A stretch of 64,000 bases of DNA from Basidiobolus meristosporus CBS 931.73 (lineage: Eukaryota > Fungi > Basidiobolomycota): positions 124,001 through 188,000 of the forward strand of contig MCFE01000031.1 of the NCBI GenBank assembly GCA_002104905.1, in the 5' to 3' direction. The notes below the pieces were generated by a model, which had not been told where the DNA came from, did no database searches, and saw only the letters and a list, made by a program, of their open reading frames with translations. Numbering within the stretch: the first letter of the stretch is position 1; every line of letters begins with the position of its first letter. The translations under genes were made by a program, and so were the position numbers. Shown here piece after piece: positions 51,404 through 64,000 of this stretch.

Positions 51404-51729
51404 GTTATGTGAGCTAGTTCAAGCTCAAGGCTATGGAGTTGGCTTCGTCGTGGTGTTGCACAAATTAGTGTCAAAAAACGTCTACGAGTAAATACATGCC
51501 AATCATCTTATTTCTTAATAATTCTTAATGATAAAGGCAGTCCCTCCTGAGTTTGCTACTGGATTTCTACTCGTAAGATTGAAACTTTCTATAATGAGCT
51601 AACTATGAGCTGACATGAATCAAATCAGGGAGGGCAGCATCAACTCCCTGAATAGGATAATACCAACACACTTTATTCAACCCAGCTATCTTCTTTCACT
51701 TGACCTCCACTCAACCATATTTATTAAGA

Positions 51730-54700
51730 ATGGACTTGGAGTCCAACGCCGCTGGAATCATAGAATGGGTATGTTCTCACCGTCATCTAAATAACCTGTA
51801 GTCTTACATGTATCTTTCGCAGGTTAATACTTTCGGCTCTATTACTCGTAAAGCTGAAACAATTGCCGATTTTTCTGATGGGATTCTCCTATGGGAGGTA
51901 CTCGCTGAAATGTATGCTGTACTTCCAGGCTATTGCTTCTTCTCACTACATGACCGGTTACTTATGCTTTGTTGAACGAACAGCGATCCTCAGTGGTTTA
52001 AACTCATTCGGTCTGCTGACGTTGGAGACAACTGGGTTCTAAAATTCAATAACCTCAAAAAGCTATACAAATTAATTACCCGATACTACGAAGAAATCCT
52101 GGGCCACTCCTCAGACTTACTAGATGCACCCAACCTTACCTCCATCGCCAAAGACGGGGAAATAAACGAAACCTTGAAGCTGGCTTCACTCATCGTTGCT
52201 TTGGCGGTCCAGTGCGAAAGCAACGCAATCTACATCGAGAAAATCCAATCTCTTACCCAGGAGGCTCAGCATGCTTTGATGTTGGCCATTGAACAGGTCA
52301 TAGTTCTTTTTTGAATCGGGTCTGTTGACCACCGGCCACTAAACCGTTCTCTCGATAGGTCATGAGCAAACTTGGTGACGAACAAGCTGTGGAGAAAGTT
52401 GAGAATCCTCAGCTTATTGCGTAAGTAGTATTTGCGTGAAGTGAAGGTGGTGCGAGTTAACATGGTTGTGCCCGTATGTAGGGACCAGCAGATCCTTGAA
52501 TTGGAGGCCGATAGGGCTCGTGTGATAAACGAGCATGAGGAGCTTAAGCATAACTACAACGAATTAATGGAGGACCATAAGCAGCTTGAGTACAAGATTG
52601 TCGGTATTCATTGGGATCTTTACGCAACTATTATTTATTCACATCCCTTATGATATTAGGAGGATTTAACGACCGAGAAATCCGACCTAACGAACAGACT
52701 ACGGGATTTGGAGCAAGTAGTTGCGAGGGCTGACCAAACTGGCAAAGCAGATTTCTTGATGAGAACCGAAATTGACAATCTGAAGCAAGACTTGTATGGC
52801 TTTCTTAGTGACAGTCTAGATTGATTGAGTGCACCATACTTACTTCGTTCACTTCAGGGAACGGGCTGAGACTCAACGTCACGAGGCCGAGATGCTCTCC
52901 AGTCAACAGGAAGGCCTAATCAACGACCTTAACCGCAAGGTTCGCTTTTCTCAAAAACAATGGCATTCATGATTTCAGACTAACTTGTCAATCAGCTTGA
53001 GGATATTTCCAAGAAAGCCGATGAGGCGACAAAATTGAAGGATCAGTTGCAGGAATATAAGCACGCTGCTGAGAAGCTTCAAAAGACAGAGAATGTGATT
53101 GAGAAGTACAAAAAGAAGCTGGAAGAAAGCACCGATCTCCGCAAGCAAGTTAAGGTATGGGGCGTGGTAAAGCTGGGTTCGGGGCTCTGATATATACTAA
53201 TGAGCCTATTAGACTCTGGAGGATCAAAACAAACAGTTGGTTGAGAGAAATCATCACATCGAAGAGGAGTATCGTAAAGTCAGCCAATTCAAGGCGTTAA
53301 TGGATTCCTACAAAGATCAGATTGCGAATCTAGAAAGCAAAAACAATCTTTTGGTGATCGAGAAAAACAAGCTGGAGTTTGAATTTGGAAAGCTCAAAGA
53401 GCAGTACGATATGCTTGAACTAGAGCGAAATAGCGACAACGAGCAACTCCAAGTTCTTGAAGATCGCCTTCGTGAACTGGAGCTTGGCGGTAATTGTTTG
53501 TGAATAGTTTGCTGTACTCCTTGGTTTTAACGTTTAGTTCCCCAGGTGGAGGACTCGGTCTTGAGCTTAACAGAGCTCATAATGGAGATGGAGATTCTGA
53601 AGTTCCCAGCCAAGGTCTCAGTGAGGCGCTGGCGGAGTCTAGTGCCACAGAGCTGCAAGTATAGTACCGACTCCTTACTAACCGATAGTTGATAATAACT
53701 GGTGCATTTTTTCCAGGAAGCTCAAAGTAATGCGCCTGGAACGGGAAGTGCAGGCAATGCACCAGACAAGAAACGACCCTGGAAACGCCCAGCAAATAAT
53801 TTTGTTGGAAAACCTATTGGAGGATTCCAACAGAATGAAAGGCAAATTCGAGCAAGTATGTCACAGAATTCAGGCTTTTCGTTTACCAGCGTCCATACTA
53901 ACCTGGCATTTTAGGACTATCTCAAAGCGCATCAGCAAAACCTTGTTCTTGAAAACGAAGTAGAGATGCTGAGAGCTGCTGCCTCCGGTGAAGATCCTGA
54001 TCGGTATGACACAAGCTGAACCACCACTACAGACATCAGTAAGATGCTGACACATTCCTGCATCTAGTGCCGCCAGCGATTTCGCCCTCACCCTGCGAAT
54101 GAGACTGAATGATTCTGAGAAGGAGCTCTCTGAAGCGAAGGAGAAGCTTGCCGCAGCAGAGGCGAAGCTTGCAAGTGTTGAGAAAGAGCTGGTGATTTGT
54201 AAATCCGATCGTATCCTTTACACTACGAACCAGTGGTTTCACCATCCAACCTGCATTCCTTGTTGTCCTTGATCGTATTTCACAGTGAACTTGGTCGGAA
54301 AAGACAAACTAGACGCTCTGGCGGCCATTCGCGAAGAGGCAGGTGCCGAGATCAACAAGCTTCAAAAAGAATACGATAGCTTGGTTAGTCGCAACCGCGA
54401 GCTCGACGCCGAAAACAAAAAGCAGATGCTCCAGATCAATGAGCTCCTCATCGAAAAGGATTCAGTTCAAACGCAGAACATCCAAAGCAAAGACATCTTG
54501 CTTGAAAAAGAGCGAATCAACAGGTATTGCTGAATTAGCCCGTCTCCAATTCTCCCTGCTGACTGATTACTGGGTTCCAAGTGAACTAAAGGCAACGCTT
54601 GCAGCATTGGAGAGTAAGAACAAGACAGGCGATGCGGAGCCTCTCAAGAACCAGCTGCTTACTGAATCCCAGAAAAATCTCAAGCTTCTCGAGGAGATTG

Positions 54701-55253
54701 ATAAAAAGAACAATGACATCAACATGTTCTTGGCGAAGTTGAAAAAGGCCAAAGAGGTAGTTGTATGAGGCAAGTGCGTCCTGACGTTCATTTGCTTATT
54801 TCATTCGCTATAGTATATTCGCCATCAAGACTACAAGATGAAAATGCTCAAGGAAAAGGCCGAAACAGTTCCCAAGGTTTGTATGAAGTGCCTTGGACCG
54901 AAGCCAGCCGGTACTCATCCTGCTGGATACATTTTCAGATGAATTACGAGGAGGCTCTTACTTCTCTTCAAGCTGAACTCACCAATCGCGACAAAGAAGT
55001 GGGCAGATTAAAGGTAAGTCAAACTCGAAGCGTTCGCGTAATAGAGCGGTAGGCTAATCGAGAAATTTGCTTCCAGGCACTGGTCAACGAAACCCGCGTG
55101 CAGGCAAAGAGAGAGCAACAACTAATCATCTCTGCCTGGTACGACTTGGCCAGACGCGTTCAGCGAGATGTAGCGGCACCGCAGAGAAATGGGCCGACTT
55201 CGTGGCTAGGTCAGCAGAGGCGTACACTGGATATCCCATTGAAAAGACGTTAG
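51730..55253 (+). CDS. HOOK: Hook family dynein/kinesin cargo adaptor, ~17 exons
   Basis: IIEWVNTF..DFSDGILLWEVLAEIDPQWF..NWVLKFNNLKKL; long coiled coil; C-terminal LIISAWYDL..PTSWLGQQRR. Confidence 0.88.
54211..54285 (+). other. U12-type GT-AG intron in HOOK
   Basis: Donor GTATCCTTTA; branch GTCCTTGAT 13 nt from AG; joins CKSD-L-NLVGKD. Confidence 0.82.
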
Positions 55254-55511
55254 CTCGCATCGTTTATTCACACAACCAATTAGTTATAGTTGGACTTATA
55301 CCTCTGTAGCATAATAGCCTCAATTACATCCAGTTGAAGATCCAAACTTGATGTCGGTTTATTCCTCAAGTCTATTTAATCCAATTCCAAATATAATGAT
55401 GTTCTTGACTAGGGTGCTGTGACTGCATTGATGTGTAGGGGTGGGTATATGGAGATGAATTGGGTGGGAGTATGCAAATGGAAAGGAGTTGGAAGGGCAA
55501 CAATCAAAAGA

Positions 55512-57035
55512 CTATGCGTTAACGGCTTGGAGCATCTCTTCAACGGAGGTCAATTTCTCACGGGGCTTGCCACGGGCAGCTCCCAAGTCAAACTCGAGCT
55601 TCTCGATGTTCTTCCAATCTTTATAAGAGACGGCACGAACGTTTCTCTCCTTCAAGAGGTTGGGTATGTCCCGGGAAGACTTTGTAGGCTGAAGAAAAGG
55701 TTTTCCGTTCTTGATGTCGGCAGCGATCGCGCCGGCAGTCTCGAAAGCGTCTTGCATGGTGGACACAATCACTCCAGAAGGGCCTCTCTTCAACCAACCG
55801 GAAGTGTACATTCCGTCCAAAACCTGCTCACCATCCATGATTCTTCCGCATACGTTTGGAACCACTCCTCTTCTGGCATCGAATGGAATTCCCTCGATAG
55901 GCGTGCTCTTGTATCCAATGCTTCTGAATACCAAGCCTGATTCTATCTCTTCGTAAGACCCAGTGCCTAAAGCAACTTGCGAGTCGGTTGGGCCTTCCAA
56001 GGTATTGATCTCCATCTTGACGGCTTTGACTCGATTGCTTTCGGAAATAATTTCGACTGGGCTTCTCAAGAACTTCAATGACCAGAACTTCTCGGCGTCC
56101 TTGATGGCATCGGTTGGGATCTCCTTTTCGAGGACTCCTAGCAGGCGTTTCAATGCGCGATTTTTCAACAATAGAGATTGGCCGTGGGCAAGCTGATCCT
56201 TGAACAATTCTGTATCGATCTCCAGTTTGGTGTTGGGTAAGGCAAACATCTCCCGCAGTTCTTTGGTAGTGAAGGAAACCTACGTGACTTTCTTGTTAGA
56301 AAAGGCCATCGAAAAGATGCCGAAAATGGCTCTTTGTACCTGAAGTGGCCCTCTTCTTCCGACAATATGAACACGCTTGATTCGGCTTCTGGATAGAGCC
56401 TCTAAGGCATGTTCGGTAATATCGGTCTTTCTAAGCTCATCGATGGGACTAAGCAACACTCTAGCCACGTCTAAAGCCACATTTCCTTGGCCAACAACCA
56501 TGGCAGTATCGGTGGAGGTCAAGTCGAGGCCAATTTCACGATGTTCCGGATGTCCGTTGTACCAACCAACAAAAGAACGTGCTGAATATACACCCTCCAC
56601 ATGCTCATTCTTGATGTTGAGAACTCTGTCCTCACTTGCGCCATAAGAAAGCACGACCCCATCATATGTGTCTTTAAGTTCGTCTACAGAGATGTCCTTT
56701 CCGACAGTCACGTTCCCGAAAAATCGAAAATCAGGGGACTCCGCCACTTCATCAAAACGATTCATCACTAGCTACAGTCAGGGAGTTCAATACGGTTCAA
56801 TTTAGTGTGACATTCCCTGCAAAGAAACAATAGAGTTTACCTTGACTTCGGGGTGGTCTGGGGCAACACCGAAGCGAACCAAACCATGTGGAACAGGGAG
56901 CGCTTCAAACATATCAACCTTAGTTCCGGGAAGCAGCTGCATAACCTTGGCAGCTGTGTAAAAACCACCAGGTCCGCTGCCAACGATAGCAAGTGAAGGC
57001 GTTCTAGCAGCCTGAGTAACTAAAGTTCTAAACAT
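55512..57035 (-). CDS. ARH1: NADPH:adrenodoxin oxidoreductase, 3 exons
   Basis: AIVGSGPGGFYTA, PHGLVRFGVAPDHPEVK, VVGQGNVALDVARVLL, VGRRGPLQVSFTTKELREM, GWLKRGPSGVI. Confidence 0.94.
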
Positions 57036-57382
57036 CGCCAGCCTCGAGGAATTCAGATACCGATTAACCGTAAAGGTGAGAGTATTTATAGTTACCCAAC
57101 CCTTTCTCGAGAATTATCACATCAAATCACAGATTCTACCTCATTCATCACTGCCAATGTATTCCCGTGGCACCAAGTCAGGATCAATATAAGCACCATA
57201 AACGATTTTTCTGTGTACCCCTCGGCGTACCTATTTGGAAGACCGTAGCAAGCTGTCATCAAATATGCCGATTTATTACTAATGATAGCTCAGTGGATAG
57301 ACTAGTTGAGATGATACAATTGGATTAAACACTGATTTAAGTAAAGTCCCTTAGTTTCAGTATGTTCCCTCTACCTTGTATT

Positions 57383-58574
57383 ATGTTCAAGATTACATTA
57401 AAAGGCAAAGACAGTCAGCCAACCTCGTCCAATTCCACCTCCAACAAGTTCAGCTTACTGAAAGCAAAAAACAAACCAAAGCCACGACAACCGGAGATCG
57501 CAAAGAAGAGTGCCTTTGGTGAAGAAAGCAACAAACGCGAAAGAGACGAAAATGAGATCGAATATGTGACCGGGCTTGAAGAGAACCAAATCACAAGGTA
57601 TTTTCAACCAAGTGGCTTCCATCGTATTTCCGGTGCTAATACACTCTTTGATAAGTCTGAATCCCAAAGATACTGGCCCTTTGGTCATTCCCAAGCTAGA
57701 GAACGAGACTTTTGGCCGGAACAAGAAAAGGGCTCACTATATACCAGAGCAAGAACAGAAAAACAGCGATTCTGTGGAGGTCACCCTCTTGAACAACAAG
57801 CCTACCACATACGGTCTGCAGATCCCAACAAAAGCTTCAGCGGAATCTAGCAAGAACACAACTGATCAAAACACCGCGACCGATGTCACAAAGGATGCCA
57901 CTACCACACCGGAAGAAAAACCCGCTGTCAATGCTAATCCTGAAGAAGATTTAACTACTCAAGCCATAAAGGAACTAACTGGAGGTAGGCTTCCATAAAG
58001 CGAATCTACTTGAAGTACCTTAGAGTCTGATTGCTTCGATATATCTAGGAACATCAGAGGAAGGTGCAAGTTCGGAACAGAGAGTATTGCCAGCATTGGA
58101 ATCCAACGACAGAGTTACCGAGGGAGAGCTATTTCGACAGGATGTCGCATCTAGGCCGAGAGAGGTAAGCTGGAGCATACGCGTACCAAACATGTCAACA
58201 ACGCTCACACTTTTTTGTGGCTAGTGTACCCTCGAAGAATACGAGAACGTTCCAGTTGAGGAATTCGGGGCTGCTTTACTTCGTGGAATGGGCTGGAAAG
58301 ATGGCCAAGCAATCGGTAAATCGCGAAAGAATGGGTACGTAACAATGCTTAAAGCTACACTGGATGTTTTCACAGTTGTTCTAACCTCGATCCTCACAGA
58401 ATGCTGAAGCCAATCGAATTCGCCCCACGCCCAAGTTTGCTCGGATTAGGCGCTCGTCCAAAGCCACCGGAGTTGGATAACAAGAACAAGGGGCGTCGCA
58501 GGGTAATTGAGTAACCGATAGCTCTCTCGATAGGCGAAGCACTAACCACGCTTTACGCTCCCATCTAGCCATAG
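57383..58574 (+). CDS. SPP2: Spp2/MOS2 G-patch splicing factor, ~6 exons
   Basis: FRQDVASRP, YENVPVEEFGAALLRGMGWKDG, RPSLLGLGA. Confidence 0.82.
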
Positions 58575-58744
58575 AGATAACCAAGCAGCATGTAAATGAA
58601 TTCGTCTACCCGGAGTTATTGTGAATCTTAATATATTTCTACTTCAATACACAGAAGCCATTTCTATAGAATACGATTCAAAAAGAACTGAGCTGTTGTT
58701 GCGACGCATGGAAACAATAATATTACAGAGTGATTATAGGTGGA

Positions 58745-61106
58745 CTACATCTGATTGGTCTCAGGAATAATGGAGTTTGAGATGTCAAGCAATGCCTCGA
58801 TTGACGGTTGCAGTTGACCTTGATTAGCTTGTAGAATTAATTCGCATATGTCAGCCTCAATATTGGGAAACATGTCTCTTAGTGTAGACAGTGCTTGGCT
58901 ATATTCCTGGTATTGCTGTTCTTGCATCATGGCGTTATGTTGTCTTTGTATTTGGCTGAGGGCACCCGGATATGCTGGGTTGGTGGATGGATTGGGAGGG
59001 CTGGACTGTACTTGTGATCTGAGATACCCGCTGTTAGCGGACTGTCTGTGGTTTTGCTCATACTCATCATCAAAATCGGATCCAATGTCTGAGCCAACCG
59101 AGTCTCTAGCTTGAGGATGCAGATGGTTTTGCTCGGATTGGCCAGGGCGGAGAGTATCATCAAAGCTGCGAGATCTAGCCATAGGCTCTGAGGAGCATTG
59201 CTTCCGTGCAATTTCCTCGACTGCTTTATCGATATTTCTAATAGAAAATTGTTAGAGCAGAGATGTGTTGGACTGTACGTCGTACGTTGCGCTTGCCTGT
59301 TAAACTCTTCCTCAGAAATAGAAAGCTGCTTGTAGTCCATATTCTCGATGAAAGAGATAGCCCCCATCTATTCAAGGTTGGTTTCTATCAGTTAGAGCAA
59401 TGAAACCAGTGCCAGGGTTCGATGTCTCTTACTAGGTTTGTCAAGTAGTACTCCGACTCGGCATGGAGCTTCTCAGGTCTTCTAAACCGTGATATGTACC
59501 TAAGGATAGCTAGTATCAGCACCGGGATAGTATAAGCCCCCCTCATCGCCACTTACTGAACATTTGATACAAGTCGCTCCGGATTAGCGCGTAACACTAC
59601 GAAGATCAGGATCGGAAGAAACTTATCGGCACCTGCTTCAGCATCCACATGCTTCAAAAAACGTGAGTCAAAGTTAAGGATACAACATATGACCACAACC
59701 AAGTCACACTAAGCACTGAAGGCAAAAGGATATCAAAGATCACAATGCAACAATTCAGAATGCAGATAAGTTTGTCGCGAGGAGCCTTGTATGTATTTAT
59801 CTTCGCGAGTTCTGATGATTATGGTGTTCGGATTAATACAACAGCTCCATGTATATAGTTTCGCTGATGATAGCTACATACCAGCTTGAGCAAAGCCCAG
59901 GAATGACTCGTTGTGCTTGTTTACGGGAATATCCAGATGCTCCTCTTTTATCCAGCGATAAAGCTGGACTTTCTGGTTAAGGATGTCGTCTTTCTCCACG
60001 TCGTCAGCAGTGAGAGGGCAGAAAGTGCTAGGGTAAGAAGGGAGCATGAGAAAGAGCTTCTAGCCACTCGGAATAAAACCCAATATCTACTATTTATAGA
60101 GCTTGTTCATAATTAACTTTTCCATTCCCTCCAACGCATTTTCAAAGTCAACTTCGGAACATCTGGCCCAGACTTCACAGTTCCGCATATCGTACGCGAT
60201 ATCCTATTCACAGGTAGGTTTTAGCAAGGTGTTTGCTTTGTGCTGAAACGGGTCACTTACGTTCAAGAAGCCATGGATAGCTTGAATTTGCTCGTTTACA
60301 GTGTATGGTTTACGTTGAAAACTAGCCAGAAATCTAACCAAGTTTTAGCACTCGATTGTTATGGAACTGGTGGAAAGTGTAGTCACCTTTTTAGACTGCG
60401 TGCAACAGGAACGGCACTTCTATGTCGGATTTGGTCCAAAAAGCGATGATACTCGAATTGGTCGGTTTTTTGAGTATTCTCCGGGCTGTCCGGTGCATTG
60501 AGAGCCTTATCATGTTGCATACCAGAAGTCGAGCTAGGCGTACCACCGTAGGAGATTGATTTCTGTAAACTTTCGCCTCGAATTCTTCTTTTAGCAGCTG
60601 TTTTACTCTTGGCTTTTGTTGATTGCTCGTCTGATACTTCGGTAGGAAGAGTTATTGAGTCCTCCGAACTCGCTTGGATCGTAGGTTTTTCTGATGGATG
60701 ATGGGTTATTAACAAAGGAGAGGGAGCTGAATACGCAAAGAGAAGAATCTCAACCATTTTCCAGATTGTTGAGTGGATCGAATTCAGCCACCAGGTCGTT
60801 TCTCGCCTTATGGCCGGAGCCAGATGATGGAGATTTCTGTTGGTCGAAATCATCTGGAATGTCAGGGAAGGCCTCTATATATATTTTCGGCGTCAAAGCT
60901 TGACCATCTCTGGAGGAATTCAAAATGAATGCGAGTTTTCTCAAATAAATGCTGAGAGGAAATACTAACTGCATAGTGCTCTCGTTAGAATCATCAGTCT
61001 CCTGGGGTAGCAAAGTATCCTGCCCCGTATTCAGTTGGAGTTTCTCTTTTAGTTCGGCAGATACACCGTTATCCTCAAAGCTTTCGGGTTGCACACTCGA
61101 CTCCAT
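58745..61106 (-). CDS. VPS9: Vps9 Rab5 GEF with C-terminal CUE domain, ~9 exons
   Basis: YHRFLDQIRHRSAVPVARSLKRFL, KINTYKAPRDKLICILNCC, GADKFLPILIFVVLRANP, EYYLTNL, AISFIE; CUE LRDMFPNIEADI. Confidence 0.9.
59663..59733 (-). other. U12-type AT-AC intron in VPS9
   Basis: Donor ATATCCTTTT; perfect branch TATCCTTAAC 11 nt from terminal AC; joins CIVIF-G-FLKHV. Confidence 0.95.
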
Positions 61107-61464
61107 ACTAATAATTCCTAAGACTCCTGAGCATAAAGCTCTGACTTCAATAAAAATGAAGTCTGGACGATGAAATTGGATAATTTACGTGTTGGATTTT
61201 CCCTAATCTTGATTAGACGTGCTGACGAACTCCTAGTTTGTGACAGTTTTAATGGGTAAATGTAATTCAAGTTTTCACCGATAATAATCAAGTTAAGTTG
61301 TGACTTGATATCTATTCCAGACGAATATGTTCCGAATAGTTTCGCAAAGAACATGAAAAAAAGATTGCTAAAAAAAATACCGTTCGAAGAATCGTGATTC
61401 AAGGTAATATACACTAGTAAGTTCGGTGTATTGGAGTATCGCAGCGTGACAATAGATAAGAGAC

Positions 61465-64000
61465 ATGTCGAACTCGGAGCGTATACTGGTCGAACACGCA
61501 AAGCTTCTGAATTCCCTGATAAACCATTATTTATCGACGGAAACCGCCGTTGGTACCCATGTACCATACATTCTAGAGACTATCACCTACCATGGCTTAC
61601 TTGAAAATGACAGAAACGACGAATTAGACGAGGCGATTCATAAATGGGAAACTCGTGTTACCTCCCTCCTGCAATCCAAAATTGCTAGCGCCAGATGGGC
61701 TGGTGTTTCGTTCGTGAAGATTAGTTTGGACAATAACGAGCTCTATAATCAAAATGTTACTCACTGGGTATCCGCATTGTTATCTTCAGTGATGGTTAGT
61801 GCTTTTGAATCCCTCGGAATTGATGTATTGTACTGTTGACACATATTTACCGCAGAGGCCCGAGCCCACCCCAGTACTCGAGAGTATTATCACTACTCTC
61901 TCCGAGCTTTTTAAACGTACGGCTCGCAAACCGGAATTCCAACGCGAAGTTACCACCGCATTTTTGCCCCGCTTTAACGTATGCTTATTGAGCCTGTCCG
62001 AAAACCAAGAGTTGCTTGTTCGTACTTTAAAATTATGAGGACCATATTCAGCGCGACTAACGAAAGCATTGCTACCTTAATCTAGCCTTGCATCCTCCGC
62101 ACACTGCGCACTTCCGTTGAAACGTTCCCCTCTATATTCAAACCGTCCATCGACAAGACGCAAGCTCTTTGCTTGAGACATTTGGATGGTAGTATGGACA
62201 GTCAGAGTGCTATTGTAGCGGCTGCCAGCGCTTGCTTGGTTTCACTGCATAATGCAAGCGGAAAAGTCAACTCTGTAGATGCTTGGAGAGCGACCAATGT
62301 TAGATTGATTGGTTCCATCCACCAAGCATTAGATTTGCTATTTGACAGTGTAGAAGAAGGTGAGATGCAGCAAGCTTTTAATAGAGAATTGGTTGTTAAC
62401 CGAGTGTTTATTGTAGATTATCAGAAGAAGGATAATTTGCTCAGTTATGATTTCATGGAGCTGCCCTCGGATTACGTCCAGAAGTTCCCTCTCTTATTCA
62501 ACAGGGTTAAGGCTCTACTCCGCTCCTTGAGTGCTTCATTGAGGTAGCTACATGTTGCATTATCTAATATCCATGTTTATCGCAATGTAGTAACTGTGTT
62601 GATCATAGCTGCAAAGCTGAAAGACCAGTTAGCATTCCGGTTAGCTCTTTGATCGATTTGTTCTGCAGGATTTACAATGTATCCGATAGCTCAGTCGTAA
62701 GTTCAGAAGCCTACAATTCTATACATTTTCGGTTACTTACCTGCTTGGTGTAGATGAGCGAAGATAAAGACAAGAGCGAATTCCATGCGTTAATGGCTGG
62801 TATCCCCAGCTTACATGTGTCAACCACGTCTACTTTGGAGAGCCTTGTTACTGCGTAAGTATTAGCCAGAAGCCTACATAGCTGCACGAATATTCAATTT
62901 GATTTCACATGACAGCGCAGGCGATCATCTACTTTGTTACTCCAATACCTTATCAAGTATGATCCTCAAATCCCTCAATCAGCACAAAGGAAAAGAGTAA
63001 GTGATTTGCCAACGAGCTACGATGGCTTGTAGATCTAATGGCATGCGACCCTAGGTTTGCTCGTGTCTCGGCATATGGCTTGGCTACAGTGTGCATCGAG
63101 ACCTTTGGATTCGGATTTTCTTCGATCATAGACGCCTCAATCATCAAGATCATTCTCCAAGATACCAAAGCGTTAGAATTGAAGGCCGAAGATATTTTAA
63201 GTAAGAAGGAGAATAACACCAGCAAAGTATGGCTTACCGACACCTACATTGCCCTGCATCCGTACTTATTAATGATTATCCTACCACAGAAGCAGCCCAA
63301 GAGACGCAAGGCCAACGTTACCAATTCCGATGCTCTTACTGCCCAGCACAAGATAGTGATCCCTTCTTCTGCACTTCAGCATGCTGCTCTGAGAAGTAAG
63401 TCGCTCAAATGTCAAATCCTAGCCGCCGATTGTATTGACACTTGGCCCTGTTTAGCTTTGAAAGCTGTAATCATTTCGTCAGGATCGTCGATTGCTCCTC
63501 AGCTGCGCACTGCAATCGAGTCCACCTTGATCTCCCATATCTTAACCATAGCTCAAGAGCCATCAGAAAGCGCGAACGAAAACATTGAGAAATTCAAGCT
63601 CTCTTTATACGACTGTCTTCTCAGCGTGGTTATTTCTCCAGCTCAACAGATCCCCTTAGTTCTACCTTACGCTCTCAAGCTGTTCAACCAAGGCTTGAAC
63701 GACAGTAGCTATATGGTAAACAGTTTCTTGTTGCAAGCTCGATTCTCCTGGAATGGCTACTTACATTACTGCTCCATAGATCCGTGCTTTTTGCTCAAAC
63801 GCTGTCTTGCTGTGTGATCTGATTATTCACCCTAGATTGCCACCCACCCTAAAATCCCCTCCTAAGGACGATAAGCCTCCCAACGGGCTGCAACCGTCTC
63901 TGGAACATAGGCCAGCAGCCACTGATTTTGGCCAGAGCAGCTTTGTTGAATTTGCACAAACCAAGGCTGAGCCTGCTATACCAGAATCGGTCTCCTCTGT
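61465..64000 (+). CDS. RIX1: Rix1/PELP1-like pre-rRNA processing protein, multi-exon, truncated at window end
   Basis: HKWETRVTSLLQSK..ARWAGV, FQREVTT..LPRF, RPVSIPV, CDLIIHPRLPP. Confidence 0.78.

Noticed and set aside
17919-57035. Apparent clustering of mitochondrial genes (NDE1, FZO1, MRPL4, PDX1, ARH1) and RNA-processing genes
   Set aside because: Interspersed with unrelated genes, no shared pathway; expected in gene-dense housekeeping regions
60750-60770. Apparent frameshift in VPS9 between ORFs 60750-61106 and 60383-60853
   Set aside because: Resolved by an ordinary ~63-bp GT-AG intron (ENG|EKPT)
1-64000. tRNA, rRNA, snRNA or CRISPR arrays
   Set aside because: None recognised by eye; a covariance-model search is needed to exclude snRNAs

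Overview
Gene-dense, intron-rich eukaryotic DNA from an early-diverging fungus. This is an inference from short introns, minor-spliceosome introns, ABCD4, animal-like PDHX, Hook and a CDK5-like kinase; it is Basidiobolus/Mucoromycota-like, but I cannot identify the species. Bases 1-7058 are a nest of degraded copies of one Ty1/copia family (349-bp LTRs, Ty5-type half-tRNA PBS, strongly CpG-depleted). Bases 8019-12505 hold four near-identical flavodoxin-like quinone reductase genes. Three are in tandem and one is inverted, copies 3 and 4 form a ~640-bp palindrome, and the promoters carry Yap1-type TTACTAA sites. From 13 kb to the end are about 26 housekeeping genes (TRS20, ZNF207, PSF3, NDE1, CDK5, RPL17, TAF14, FZO1, HTS1, ISY1, MRPL4, TALE homeobox, CNBP, APS3, PABPN1, UreF, ABCD4, RPL23, PDHX, HOOK, ARH1, SPP2, VPS9, RIX1 and others). 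The strongest signal is five well-supported U12-type (minor) introns, including two AT-AC introns in CDK5 and VPS9, plus two more candidates, among roughly 110 introns. Three genes carry single-base frameshifts (assembly error or pseudogenisation). I recognised no tRNA, rRNA or CRISPR.
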